Positions 49,801 through 57,961 of a stretch of DNA of 64,000 bases are shown here, piece by piece. Positions within the stretch are counted from its first letter, which is position 1. Every line of letters begins with the position of its first letter. The position numbers and the translations under genes are program-made. The notes beneath the pieces are model-generated. The model saw only the letters and a program-made list of their open reading frames with translations, was not told the origin of the DNA and made no database searches. The DNA comes from an uncultured virus (IMG/VR IMGVR_UViG_3300013728_000001) (lineage: Duplodnaviria; Heunggongvirae; Uroviricota; Caudoviricetes), in the IMG/VR virus record IMGVR_UViG_3300013728_000001. One strand, written 5' to 3'.

Positions 49801-50678
49801 ACCAGCTGCGTCAGCGCCTCGGTGTGCTTTCGCAGCACCCACACATCCACCACCGTTGCGGTACCGCTCTCGGCAAACGTGCCGGACGGCATGCGGTGTG
49901 CGCCCAGGAATTCCGCCACGCGGGAAACGCGATCGCGCAGCTTTTTGTTAGCGCCGCCGCCGTCGGTCATGCCGTTTGGCACCACCAGCACCACCAGCCC
50001 GCCGTATTTCACCTTGTCGATGGTGCGCATCACGAAGTAATGCCCGACGTTGGTTTCATCCCGATAAACCGGATCGAGCTCGGCAAAGCCCGTGCGCGAG
50101 TCGCCAAACGGCACGTTGCCGACGGCATGGTCATAGCTATTGTCCGGTACCGACGCGGCCAGCTTCTCAAACGCGCCCATGCGCACGTCATCTTCCGGGT
50201 GCAGCAGCTGGTTAATACGTCCTGACGTGTCGGAGATCTCCGCGGACGTCATCATTGCGCCGGCGGGCTTGGTTTCCTGAAATACGCCCGTGCCGGCGGA
50301 CGGCTCCAGCATATGACCGCCGGTAATGCCGTAGTCCGCAAACAGATCCCATATTCCCTCCGCCATAAACGGCGGCGTGTAATATTCGTACTGACTGCCG
50401 CCGCCGCCCTCCAGACCACCCTCGCCGCTGTACCCGGCCAGAATCCGGCGCTGTTCATCAGTGAGTTTGTTCCCGTCAAAACCCGCCGGCAGCGAGTTAA
50501 GCAGACTCACTGCGTTATCATTTGCGGTGCGGCGCTCGCGCTGCAGGCTTACCCCTTCCCGTTTTGTCACGCCAAACGCCACAACGGTTCGCTGTTTGTG
50601 CAGACGCATCACCAGGCGGATCAGATCTTCGACCGTCCCCGCTTCCTGTATGGCCTTATTTGCTGAGTTTTCCACCAA
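43806..50678 (-). CDS. darB: DarB antirestriction protein (methyltransferase + SNF2-like helicase)
   Basis: EYYTP, LEPSAGTG and GNVPF MTase motifs; GTGLGKT, DEGH, TATP and QRNGRGAR helicase motifs; 2290 aa; divergent from prt. Confidence 0.93.
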   Translation of the reverse strand: MVENSANKAIQEAGTVEDLIRLVMRLHKQRTVVAFGVTKREGVSLQRERRTANDNAVSLLNSLPAGFDGNKLTDEQRRILAGYSGEGGLEGGGGSQYEYYTPPFMAEGIWDLFADYGITGGHMLEPSAGTGVFQETKPAGAMMTSAEISDTSGRINQLLHPEDDVRMGAFEKLAASVPDNSYDHAVGNVPFGDSRTGFAELDPVYRDETNVGHYFVMRTIDKVKYGGLVVLVVPNGMTDGGGANKKLRDRVSRVAEFLGAHRMPSGTFAESGTATVVDVWVLRKHTEALTQLVHDSDEQSLEAASVLWPTFIRGKWFETEGRRYVHGETERSDFNNILVVKKDGQLTNAAMKAALSRRFDSRIDWDRLGTPAAVWQSPVEGDKRLMAGVWHTYDGTRFIKDSTTASSGLDAERFGAATFGDLQTKTRTINGMLSLDSRALYAASVEYPQLFDDRIHAAIRFAMQQKPGHRWRVMRASIIGLRINDALDTQMLGGDASGIIADAARLVSEEVGQYGTPKGLKLAGLSDASAKGWLSFQANVSREGDLSALLSGTIDRSEAVAVDFASPEQVVSHLFSDVDLVPVALAAFRAAFKGELPEDDEALLAHLATFPEIALDGNGNIMPLARATTGNVRGKVSRLAALINDAPDGPVKANYVRQLETINEKRNHTPIEDITVNLNARWLDRRLIKEFLIDQGFDDFKYTQDLENENGYLTAEDNYAGKDGVFSGYQVRSVTGKGGVTEFKRASYKDGFYNQLENYLNGVKPRGVNANVYLKRISGLEAQFNHWLRTHPDVESVVSDYNDAFNGYVPFEHSSSSLQLQQISGKRIPLSYQNAEVRRLSEDGRGIMGFGTGLGKTTTALALEAYNYEVGRSKRTVYVVPKAVLQNWYHEAHGFYSAEAFEKILFVGLDEVRGDDGQIMQAPERDENNEPKLDKDGQPVMRNVVKESAAATVLERMNMIPVSNYRAVVMTKEQFGDIPMRPETIEENSNQAVFNQIENGRTDLMKSTHRAATSRNKLRDKAADTGTKKKSQIPYFEDMHFDSVIADEGHNYRNSHSAGREAGQLAYLPNPSVSKTARDMAVKSQYMMKKYNGRGVVMLTATPLVNSPIDAFNMLSHVVSLEEWKAMGILTPDDFVRVFGETDTVTVQKISGELEDKQGLVGFKNLDGLRGIFHRWTTLKSAADVKDSVKIPGLDEKTVGVPMTRDQQALYEELRVRASRIGQKESVQDNGDGTVSIVQNDDDFIFSVIRDMDKVVIDPDLYRSAITFRFREEDLEKVKQVARALPGEAGGVLLAGDEEEVAEDAESGLTDTRTSKVVKTTLKNRGGVVELVVSDTLEQQVLAAIAVAGIDMQHVSHPVPPKYAALIENLKAGLPDGKQIIFMDEKTQHNKLRRIIASALGLQEQQIGIINATTVAKASGVKVKPVKKPAEPVEKADGSFKEGAWDKYYQELARYEDYQAALNDASLAGMEGIAADYNEGRTPIIICNKKAEVGINLHKGTADTHHLTLPWTPASIDQRNGRGARVGSERDSMRVHYYCGKGSFDEFRLETLQRKKNWINDVMKSDVSSMKNGDVESKEEQSLLLAANPEERRARVDAQLKAKREAERQQAEREAAAALDIYLKASVAAATPTEVLEANIADLSAAFDEINGSIDGLRADVTDAETAYNIELERDGKRSADNWRGQDRRNARAALKEGLAKQKKLEQELNGARKALTRSKSAASTIKRSRGEVERAILSGALEVDPDVLRAPEQYMKLAGGQLVRIGACYEIWMDDDKQEKGVFQIRKFFPEKGTVEVELIHKPLRCYTRPDIGGFAEMPADLVGDRVEITTDQAKALQKAAKGIDPVSLADTLSRADFYAAIRAGVMNVKADAWMYRDAAGELKHEYIHAGITVRDSINAEDWLYPDHGDEQLKRELYQYSLNKNLYSVQAVFKAVFGGNYNTAMQGYGEQADMEDVVKVFSQLVAEFEAGDAQGRKVTGATDAEAKAYFLGTSQDSFFWSNSISIRQFRNAMRGFSNSNEYEAMFNQLRNEMGQSKVKAVRALADQYAAAALQQFRQYTPESIQATIATVLDKTRYEAMGDIDNAANVTESPAAQFLRASVALGDLSESEVTAETFLSSRTVKALVGGLYTFLEQMEEGGYRDHAPTWTDYKALLTGKLSPEELAERRASANLAATTAATTVRAEQSQKQASGFQVLKNELELVASRKWKNRTFKIDFPAGGAYVLTDTSDKPVLKRKAVRDLMKEKYGAKFWNFEADPVAGNEFTQPAWLIPSSHDLDALRADIENA

Positions 50679-50753
50679 TCATCCTTATCTACAGATTGCA
50701 TAAAGCTAATACACTCCACATTCTAAATAGTTAATGTTTTACAGAGGTATATT

Positions 50754-52448
50754 TTGGCAAAGAAAAATAAAACGCTTTCCGTATTGAGTGCGCTCAGGCA
50801 GGCATTCAGGGGCGCAGATGCTGACGCGCCTGAAAGTTTGCCGTGGAGTAACGGACAAAACGTCGTGGTGTCCCGTTCCGGGCTGGCAGCACTGGCGTAT
50901 CAGGAAGGTAAGGCAGGTGAAATGACCACGGCCGGCGACAGCCTCTACCTCGGCGCAGAGCTGCCGCTGGACCGGCTGCAGCGTTACGCCATTCTTGAGG
51001 AAATGGCCAACAGCCCGACCTGCTCCGCCGCGCTGAATATCCACATTGGCCACGCGCTCGCACCGGACAAAAAAACCGGGCTAGCGTTCTGCATTGCTCC
51101 GGTGGACCCGTCAGACAAAGAAGGTGTGACGCGGGCAAAAGAGCTGCAGGATGATTTGGGCGCGATGATTAACAGACACCTGCCGTCACTGGCTATGACC
51201 ATGGCGATTTTTGGCGTCGCTTATGTGCGTCCCTATGCCCGGACTGGCAGGGGGATCACCAGCCTGGAAAACAGCTATTACTCGCTGCCCTACTTTGTGC
51301 AGGAATTTTATAAGGGCGATCAGCTGGTGGGCTTCGGCGGGGATTACGTGCTGTCACCCGATACGCATACCCGCACGCTTTCCTCGCCCTGGTCTCTGGT
51401 ACCCATGAAAAACCCGTACTGGACGCCCACGCGTAACGTGCAGCCCATAACGTCCGGCAACCGGGGCTATTCGCTGCTGAGTGAAGAGGAGGATAAGGAA
51501 GTTGCGGAGACGCAGAACTACGGTACCAGCTTCCTCGCGCACGCTTATGAGCCGTTCCTGAACCTGACGGGCGCACTGAATGCGCTGAAAGCCACGCGCT
51601 ACAATGCTGCCAAAATTGACCGCCTGATTGCGCTGACCACCAACTCACTCGATCCGGTTGTGGGTGCCAACTACACCAGAACCGTATCGCAGACGCTTAA
51701 ACGCCACGGCGAGGCGCTGCAGAAAAAGGCGGTGAACGGGAACACCATGCCAACCGTGATGAACCATGTAATCCCGGTTATGGGGGATGGTAAAAACGGG
51801 ATCACGATTGATACGCAGTCGATACCCGCGGACATTACCGGCATCGAGGACGTGATGTTTCACCTGCGCCAGCTGTGCGCCGCGCTCGGAATTGATTCAA
51901 CGATGCTGGGCTGGGCGGATCAGATGGCCGGCGGGCTGGGGGAAGGCGGCTGGATTCAGACGGCCATACAGGCGGCGCTGCGGGCGCAGTGGCTGCGCCA
52001 GGGTGCGCAGGAGATGATTTACCGGCTCATAGATATTCACCTGGCGTTCAAATACGGCAAGGTTTACCCGGTGAATGATCGGCCCTACGTTGTACAGTTT
52101 AACTCCATGAACACGGCGATTCAGGAAGAAGAAAGCCGCGAAATGGACACGCGCGCCAACTTCATTACGCTCATGGTGCAGGTTATGGACGCGCTGCAGG
52201 CTAACAACAAGCTGGCGGAGAATGACACGTTCATGCGCTACCTGTTCAGCGATCAGCTGAAAATGGACGGCGGCACCCTGGATAAAATGCTGGCGGAGTT
52301 CAGCAAAAGCCGGGACAAAGCCGACGCGCAGGAGGAAGAGAACGGCAGCATGATGAACGAGTCAGCGCCTGAAGGAGACGATCCGGCCAGCTGGACGCAT
52401 GAGGAGCTGGTGGCGTTTGCCCGGTATGTTGTCAGGCCGGAAAGCTAA
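50754..52448 (+). CDS. prt: Portal protein
   Basis: 564 aa, LP.DR..RY.ILEEM, YG.SFL..AYEP and GIED.M motifs; P1 darB/prt synteny. Confidence 0.8.
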   Translation: MAKKNKTLSVLSALRQAFRGADADAPESLPWSNGQNVVVSRSGLAALAYQEGKAGEMTTAGDSLYLGAELPLDRLQRYAILEEMANSPTCSAALNIHIGHALAPDKKTGLAFCIAPVDPSDKEGVTRAKELQDDLGAMINRHLPSLAMTMAIFGVAYVRPYARTGRGITSLENSYYSLPYFVQEFYKGDQLVGFGGDYVLSPDTHTRTLSSPWSLVPMKNPYWTPTRNVQPITSGNRGYSLLSEEEDKEVAETQNYGTSFLAHAYEPFLNLTGALNALKATRYNAAKIDRLIALTTNSLDPVVGANYTRTVSQTLKRHGEALQKKAVNGNTMPTVMNHVIPVMGDGKNGITIDTQSIPADITGIEDVMFHLRQLCAALGIDSTMLGWADQMAGGLGEGGWIQTAIQAALRAQWLRQGAQEMIYRLIDIHLAFKYGKVYPVNDRPYVVQFNSMNTAIQEEESREMDTRANFITLMVQVMDALQANNKLAENDTFMRYLFSDQLKMDGGTLDKMLAEFSKSRDKADAQEEENGSMMNESAPEGDDPASWTHEELVAFARYVVRPES

Positions 52449-52582
52449 TTTCCGGAAAAACTAAAAAGGCCGCACACAAATTCACAGGGGAATGTGCGGC
52501 TTGATGAAATCCGTCATCGAAAGCAGATATAAAAACTGAAGGAAAATATATCTGCGCTCCGGGATGATTACTTGCCCTACCT

Positions 52583-52891
52583 TTAATTGTTATCCAGATG
52601 CTTTACCGGTCTGAATATCTTTTTTTCGGCAGGTTTTTTAGGTTTTTTCGGGGTATTAAGTACCAGGTATTCATTCTGCCCTTCTTGTTCGTCCGGCCTG
52701 GTAATACAGAACGGACAAACCTTAACGCCCGAAAAGTGTATTCCGGCTACGGTCAGCGCCTGATTCAGCGTATAGCAGCTGCCGATAAAGGTGCGCTCCT
52801 CAATGGTCGGCAGCTGCGGGCAGTCTGCGCGGTGCAGGAGCAACCCGGACGGGAAATGGTCGCTGACATAAAACTTCATAGCCTTGTACAT
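52583..52891 (-). CDS. Hypothetical protein, probable Zn ligand set
   Basis: LH..DC..LP....IG...A...CPFC. Confidence 0.65.
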   Translation of the reverse strand: MYKAMKFYVSDHFPSGLLLHRADCPQLPTIEERTFIGSCYTLNQALTVAGIHFSGVKVCPFCITRPDEQEGQNEYLVLNTPKKPKKPAEKKIFRPVKHLDNN

Positions 52892-53430
52892 GCTTCATCC
52901 TCTTGCTGCGTGCATAAAACTTCCATGTTGAACATGAAACTTTTCAGCGTAAATTTACGCGTGAAAGTTTCCGCAAAAGCTACGTGATGTTTATTTAACT
53001 TCGTCAACACATTAACTAATTTGCGTTAACTAAAAGTATCATCATTAATTTAATTTAAAGAAGCACTTTTTCAGGTCTAAATTAATGTCCAGCCCTAAAA
53101 GAGGGGGGATCAAAATGTCTCTTTTAATGGTACACAATCTTTAAGTGTATGATTTTTCGCGCTTCGGTTACCATTATCGCGCAGTAGTAACCGGAAGTAT
53201 TAGGAAAACCCCCGCTGAAAAAAACCAGACGCTTTCTGAGTGCTTTATTTACCCTCTCGCGCCACGGGCTCACTCCCTCAGTATTTCTGACTTAAACGCA
53301 GGCTTATGAGCAGAATATTTGCCGCTTCACTTTTTCCATACAAAGATGATAATCCACTCTGGCAACAATCTGTAAGCAAAGCCGTTGTGTGGTCAGACCA
53401 TCTGATTAGATAAACTTCTGACTCCAGCTG

Positions 53431-53688
53431 TCACTCTGTAACCCGGATAATCTGCCAGTCCTCGGAAGTCAGATCTGCAGGCGACGGAACGTAAACAGAC
53501 AGCCTGCCGGACTCGTTCATGAAGATGAGACTCAGCAGATCCTGCGCGTCAGCCTGGAAAGATACGTGACGGGGAGTGTTGCCCCACCGTGCGCGGCGGC
53601 AAATAACACCAGCGTTCTCGCAGATAATTGAAATAGCCTGGCAGTACAGATACGCCGCAGGGGGTGGCGCGTGAGGGATATCAGACAT
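53431..53688 (-). CDS. DUF2829/Tad2-like small protein downstream of C4
   Basis: G..CRRARW...YVPS.ADL.SEDW; AGGGAG RBS. Confidence 0.65.
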   Translation of the reverse strand: MSDIPHAPPPAAYLYCQAISIICENAGVICRRARWGNTPRHVSFQADAQDLLSLIFMNESGRLSVYVPSPADLTSEDWQIIRVTE

Positions 53689-53742
53689 GGTGTGCTCCCT
53701 GTGCTTTGAGAAGCGTCACGACAGGAGGTTCCAATCTCCGGG

Positions 53743-53819
53743 TGGTGACGTTGACAGGGTTGGAACTACCGGTGCACAAGAAAACCGGCCTACCCGAAGG
53801 TAGCCCCGCCAACGCCACC
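53743..53819 (-). ncRNA. c4: C4 antisense RNA (immI-type)
   Basis: GGTGGCGTTGGCGGGG-CTACCTTCGGGTAG-GCCGG..CCGGT-AGTTCCAA-CCCTGTCAACGTCACCA fold; complementary TTGGAAC targets at about 53728 and 53893. Confidence 0.85.
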
Positions 53820-54024
53820 ATAGATACGCCCGGAATTTTCCGGACGTGGTAGCGCCGAAGGCACTGTGTGCCAGCTCTCATGCTTTTTCAGGGTTCCAAT
53901 CCCGGCCACTGTTTTGCAGCGGCGCGCACACTATATCCGCCGCGCTGATAAATTTAATATGTCTAATGTGAAATTATCCACTGGTCATTAGATCCACGCA
54001 TGAATCAAGAAAAGTTACCTACGC

Positions 54025-54045
54025 AAATTACAACCTTCCTACCAT
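54025..54045 (+). promoter_or_regulatory. Candidate late promoter of pro
   Basis: AAATTACAACCTTCCTACCAT. Confidence 0.55.
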
Positions 54046-54114
54046 CAGTCCGCGCAGGCAACCGCCAGCGCTGCCGCCGCTTTGCGGGGCATCACCTGTA
54101 GTTATGAGGACAAC

Positions 54115-55119
54115 ATGAAAGCACTCCGCACGGTAACGGATCGTTTTTCACTCATTGATAAAATTCGTCGTTTCACGCCGCAAAATGATCGCAATTACCT
54201 GCTGCGCTCGGTCCGGGAAACGCTCAGCAGCCCGGAAACGCAGGAGCGTATTCAGCTGGGAGAAATGTTCGGCTACTACGGCCACGGACGACGCGCCGCC
54301 TACTACGCGAAAACCGGACGTCTGAACCTGCCGGAATTTGCCGTTGTCATGGTAGACGGCAAGCCGGTGACGATTGAAAACGTGCCTTCAAACCGCACGC
54401 TTGAAGCCAGCGTTGATGATAACGGAGTGGTCACTCACGTTCAGGAGATTCTGGACACCGATCCGGGCAACATTGTTGATGGCATGAGCCGTTCACGCGC
54501 CGGCGGCTGGTCATGGGCGACCGGCGGCGACGATAACGCCGTGTCAAAAGTCACCAGCTTTCACGGGTTCGACTATGTGACCGTTCCCAATTACATCAGC
54601 CTGGAGCATCCATCAGCCATGCTGGAATCAGCCAGCGATCGTGAAAGTATGATTTGCGCAGGGCTGGTGGAAAAAGGGTATTCGGAGAATCAGGCAGCTG
54701 ACATTTTCCAGCACTTTGAAAGCATGCGCGGCCAGGCAGCAATGTTTGAATCGGGGGATGCATCTTTGCTGGAATCGGCGCTGCACATCGAGCATGGCAA
54801 GCGACTGGAGCTGGAGGATCGGCTGCGCAGCGCCAATCTGATGATTGAGAACGCCGGCAACGTGGCAAAAGCCCGCCGTAAAGTTATGAAAGAGGCGCTA
54901 GCCAGCCTGCCGCTGTTTATCAGTAAAGAGCAGACTGCTGCGCTGTGCCGGATGGACACCCCGGAAGATGCGCAGATCGTCGCCGCCATGCTGGAATCCA
55001 TCGGATCGAACGCTACGGCTACGCTTCCTATTGGCGTGCAGCAAAAACATTCGCTTCCGCAGACGCGTCAAAAAGCGACGGAATGTAACCCGCTTTTATG
55101 GATAAATTCAGTAAAATAA
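54115..55119 (+). CDS. pro: Prohead protease
   Basis: GE.FGYYGH..R, H.QE.L.T..G, GGWSWAT and F.GFDYV..PN; several MLES/MFES motifs; P1 synteny. Confidence 0.8.
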   Translation: MKALRTVTDRFSLIDKIRRFTPQNDRNYLLRSVRETLSSPETQERIQLGEMFGYYGHGRRAAYYAKTGRLNLPEFAVVMVDGKPVTIENVPSNRTLEASVDDNGVVTHVQEILDTDPGNIVDGMSRSRAGGWSWATGGDDNAVSKVTSFHGFDYVTVPNYISLEHPSAMLESASDRESMICAGLVEKGYSENQAADIFQHFESMRGQAAMFESGDASLLESALHIEHGKRLELEDRLRSANLMIENAGNVAKARRKVMKEALASLPLFISKEQTAALCRMDTPEDAQIVAAMLESIGSNATATLPIGVQQKHSLPQTRQKATECNPLLWINSVK

Positions 55120-55409
55120 AGGGGATAAGGAGAGTACGCCCTATACAGGGCGTTTCCCTGCGCGGATTCTAAAACACCGGAAAATTCTTACCTGTGTTGA
55201 TCCTTTTACAGATCACGTTTATTATCCGCATCTGACCAAGCCGGCAAGCCTGGTCGGAACAAAAAAAAATCGCCTGCTGGTAACAGTCGATTTTTCTACA
55301 ACTTTACACGGTTTAGCAGACCGTATCGGCGTTGCGCCGCACTACACAAACACAATGAATGCTTACTGGGAGGTAAGTGGTATTCATCTTGTTACTTACT
55401 AGGAGGTAA

Positions 55410-56300
55410 GTGGGATTTATGTTAGCTAAAAACGCCGATCACGGCAACTCTTTTCCCTCATCTTGCTCAAATAATAAGCAGAATTCTGTACGAATTACCG
55501 GGTATGATTTCACCCACGTTATTGAGCTGTCACCTCTCCCTAAGTCACTCACCCGCGTACTGAAATTCGCGTGTAATCTGGCGTGCTCTACGTCCAGATT
55601 TGAGATCATCAAATCTCTCAGCACCCTGGCAGAAGAAGCAGGCGTGAGCGTTTCTACTGTACAGCGCGCTTATCGCCTGGCGGTTAAACTCGGTATCCTC
55701 ACTCATGAGGAGCAACGCTGTAAAAATAACCACAAGTGGAGTAAGCCCAGCAAGTACACGTTCACCAGCAAAGCACTGGCTTTTGTACAGGCGAGTCTGG
55801 CTGAACTGAAAGCGGCAAATCTTCAGCCTGCGGGGCGTCAAAGCCTCGTCCGGAGAATCGTTGCTGACACCTTCTCAAAATTAAATTTCACCCTCGCTAC
55901 CCCTGGTCAGAATGAACAGGCTACCCCTGGTCAAAATGACCAACAAGAAGTAAGAGATCTCTCCAGAACAAGAGAAACACAATACAGTGAGTCAGCAATT
56001 TCCAAATCGAAAGAGATTGCGTCAGAGCCACCAGCGCCAAAGAAAAAATTCGGGATTTATCAGGAATCACTGCAAAGCCTGGCAGCAGGATCAGCAGCAG
56101 CAGACAAAAAGCGCCGCGCAGAAGCATACCAGCGCAACGGCCAGCTGATGCACAAGGTGTACGGCTATATTAAATCCACGTTTAAGCCCAAAACAGCTGC
56201 GGGCCGGAAACCAGAAAGCCGCCGCCAGACGAGTGATTTCGCCGGCGACGGTCTGAAGCACGATAACTACGCGATCCCGGAAGGGTTCAGAGGCGCTTAA
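55410..56300 (+). CDS. repL: RepL-like lytic replication initiator (start may be ATG 55419)
   Basis: MLAK..., GY, NLA.STS, LAEE.G.S.STV.RA.R.AV..GIL and Y.FT...LAF.Q match recalled P1 RepL. Confidence 0.85.
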   Translation: MGFMLAKNADHGNSFPSSCSNNKQNSVRITGYDFTHVIELSPLPKSLTRVLKFACNLACSTSRFEIIKSLSTLAEEAGVSVSTVQRAYRLAVKLGILTHEEQRCKNNHKWSKPSKYTFTSKALAFVQASLAELKAANLQPAGRQSLVRRIVADTFSKLNFTLATPGQNEQATPGQNDQQEVRDLSRTRETQYSESAISKSKEIASEPPAPKKKFGIYQESLQSLAAGSAAADKKRRAEAYQRNGQLMHKVYGYIKSTFKPKTAAGRKPESRRQTSDFAGDGLKHDNYAIPEGFRGA

Positions 56301-56794
56301 TCGGTAACTGTGCCACCAGCATCACGATAGGCAGTCAGCAGCGTTTCAATGGCGTGCGTTTTCTGACCATACGGCGATCCGGTGAGCGACGCCCAGATAT
56401 CGTTGGTTTTGCCAATGGCCGTGCGGATTCGTCCGGCGTGAACGTCGGCATACGCGCCCTGCTCTTTCAGCAGCTGGTCAAGCAAGCGCTCCTGTGACGC
56501 GGGGCTGAAGTCGGGCAGTTTCAGCTGTTTTTTATAGACCGGCCAGTAGCGGTAAAGCTGCTGATAGCGTCCTGCGGCAGTCGAGGCCAGACCATGCTTA
56601 TTGAGCACTTTTGCGCGACGGTTTGAAAACGGGTGATCGGTGAAGTCAGTAAAGATTTCGCCCAGCTTGTCGCCCAGCCCGGTCACGATAACGTCATAGC
56701 CACGCATGCGGGTTAACGGGTGGGTACTGGTGCCTTCTGAGAACGCCAGCATGTCGCCAAAGGCTTTACGGTTTTTCGTTACTTGATTGTCCAT
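56297..56794 (-). CDS. Endolysin, lambda-R-like transglycosylase/muramidase
   Basis: AF.DMLA.SEGT, STAAGRYQ, DFSP.SQ and IWASL.G..YGQ. Start reassigned to ATG 56794. Confidence 0.92.
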   Translation of the reverse strand: MDNQVTKNRKAFGDMLAFSEGTSTHPLTRMRGYDVIVTGLGDKLGEIFTDFTDHPFSNRRAKVLNKHGLASTAAGRYQQLYRYWPVYKKQLKLPDFSPASQERLLDQLLKEQGAYADVHAGRIRTAIGKTNDIWASLTGSPYGQKTHAIETLLTAYRDAGGTVTD

Positions 56795-56826
56795 TGAGAT
56801 TGCCACTACAAGAAAAGGGGGCGGCA

Positions 56827-56847
56827 ACTGTAAGGAGTTTGTGATTT
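56827..56847 (-). promoter_or_regulatory. Candidate late promoter of the endolysin
   Basis: AAATCACAAACTCCTTACAGT. Confidence 0.55.
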
Positions 56848-56908
56848 AATCAGTGATTGGAATCTTGTGATTTTTACTCTTCTTGCCGATTTGGCTTAGG
56901 GATAATTA

Positions 56909-57931
56909 ATGAAAGAGAAAATTGATAGCGCTATCAAACAAGGCGAGCTGTTTTTTATGGGCAGTAAGTTACCAGAAGATTTTTATAGCGGCTTCATTGA
57001 ATGGAGTCAGATAGCAGAAAAAACGCAAGACCCTAAAGCCTTTTATAATATGGGTTATTGTTTAACAAATGGTGAAGGCACTAACAAGAACATTCGAGAA
57101 GCTGCTATAAATTATAGGAAAGCTTTGGCTGGTGGCATACAGGAAGCGGCAGATCGACTTTACGAATGTTATGGTAAGCATCAACTGGCTTACCAAATAG
57201 GACTTTTTTCCAGGCATCACTCACTAAAAGAATTTGAAGAATACAAAGAGCGTGCTGAAAGATTCCTAAGTGTTATAAATGAGTTAATCCAGTTAGGTTA
57301 TACAAAGTTTGAAAGGCAGAAAAAGTATGCCCAAATACTTTTTGATGTTGTCAGCTTGAGCGTTGATTATGTGAGTGATAAAAATAAATTCAAAGCAAAC
57401 GCTGACAGGCTAGCTAAAAGCGGGTATTCGTGGGCAAAAGACTTTAGTTTAGTTACTGACTGCAAAATAATTATCACAGACCACTATGAAAAAGCATGGG
57501 ATTATTTTGAAACCATTGAAAATGGTAACACCCGCATGCACCAACGAAATCCGCACTTTGTAAAGACCACAACTGACGAGTTTTTCAACTCCACAAATGA
57601 AGATATACAACTCTATGCATCTAGTGTGAAAGTTAGGCCTAATGAAAGATACATGTTAGATGCTGGCATTCGTTCTCGGCAGAAAGTTATGAGTAAAGAC
57701 AGTGAGCCGGAAACGTATCCTAATGGGCGTTGGTTTGCTTTTATGCGCATGCCAGAAGTTAATGAAAACTTAGGGTTTAATAGTTCTGTAAGCTTGATTT
57801 CCCTTAACCTCCCAGTTGTTCGCGGAGAAAGCGTCAATAAAGAAAATGCCCGTACAGACAACGTTTGGAATATTATTGGGGTTATTGGAATAATAGTAAT
57901 TGCTCTTGTTGCTTATATGAAATTCTTCTAA
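56909..57931 (+). CDS. Sel1-repeat protein with C-terminal membrane anchor (moron)
   Basis: DPKA.YNMG.C..NGEG..KN..EA...YRKA...G..EA Sel1 repeat; AT-rich; terminal TM helix. Confidence 0.75.
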   Translation: MKEKIDSAIKQGELFFMGSKLPEDFYSGFIEWSQIAEKTQDPKAFYNMGYCLTNGEGTNKNIREAAINYRKALAGGIQEAADRLYECYGKHQLAYQIGLFSRHHSLKEFEEYKERAERFLSVINELIQLGYTKFERQKKYAQILFDVVSLSVDYVSDKNKFKANADRLAKSGYSWAKDFSLVTDCKIIITDHYEKAWDYFETIENGNTRMHQRNPHFVKTTTDEFFNSTNEDIQLYASSVKVRPNERYMLDAGIRSRQKVMSKDSEPETYPNGRWFAFMRMPEVNENLGFNSSVSLISLNLPVVRGESVNKENARTDNVWNIIGVIGIIVIALVAYMKFF

Positions 57932-57932
57932 T

Positions 57933-57958
57933 AAAAAGGCCAATAAATGGCCTTTTTT
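57933..57958. terminator. Bidirectional terminator
   Basis: AAAAAGGCCA-ATAAA-TGGCCTTTTTT. Confidence 0.8.
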
Positions 57959-57961
57959 ACC

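Noticed and set aside
46071..50225. 1384-aa plus-strand ORF
   Set aside because: Antisense shadow of darB caused by codon bias; no recognisable motifs.
53681..53881. Ash-like ORF (MVALAGLPSGRPV...)
   Set aside because: It overlaps the C4 RNA; its pattern is explained by RNA structure, so it is not called as a protein.
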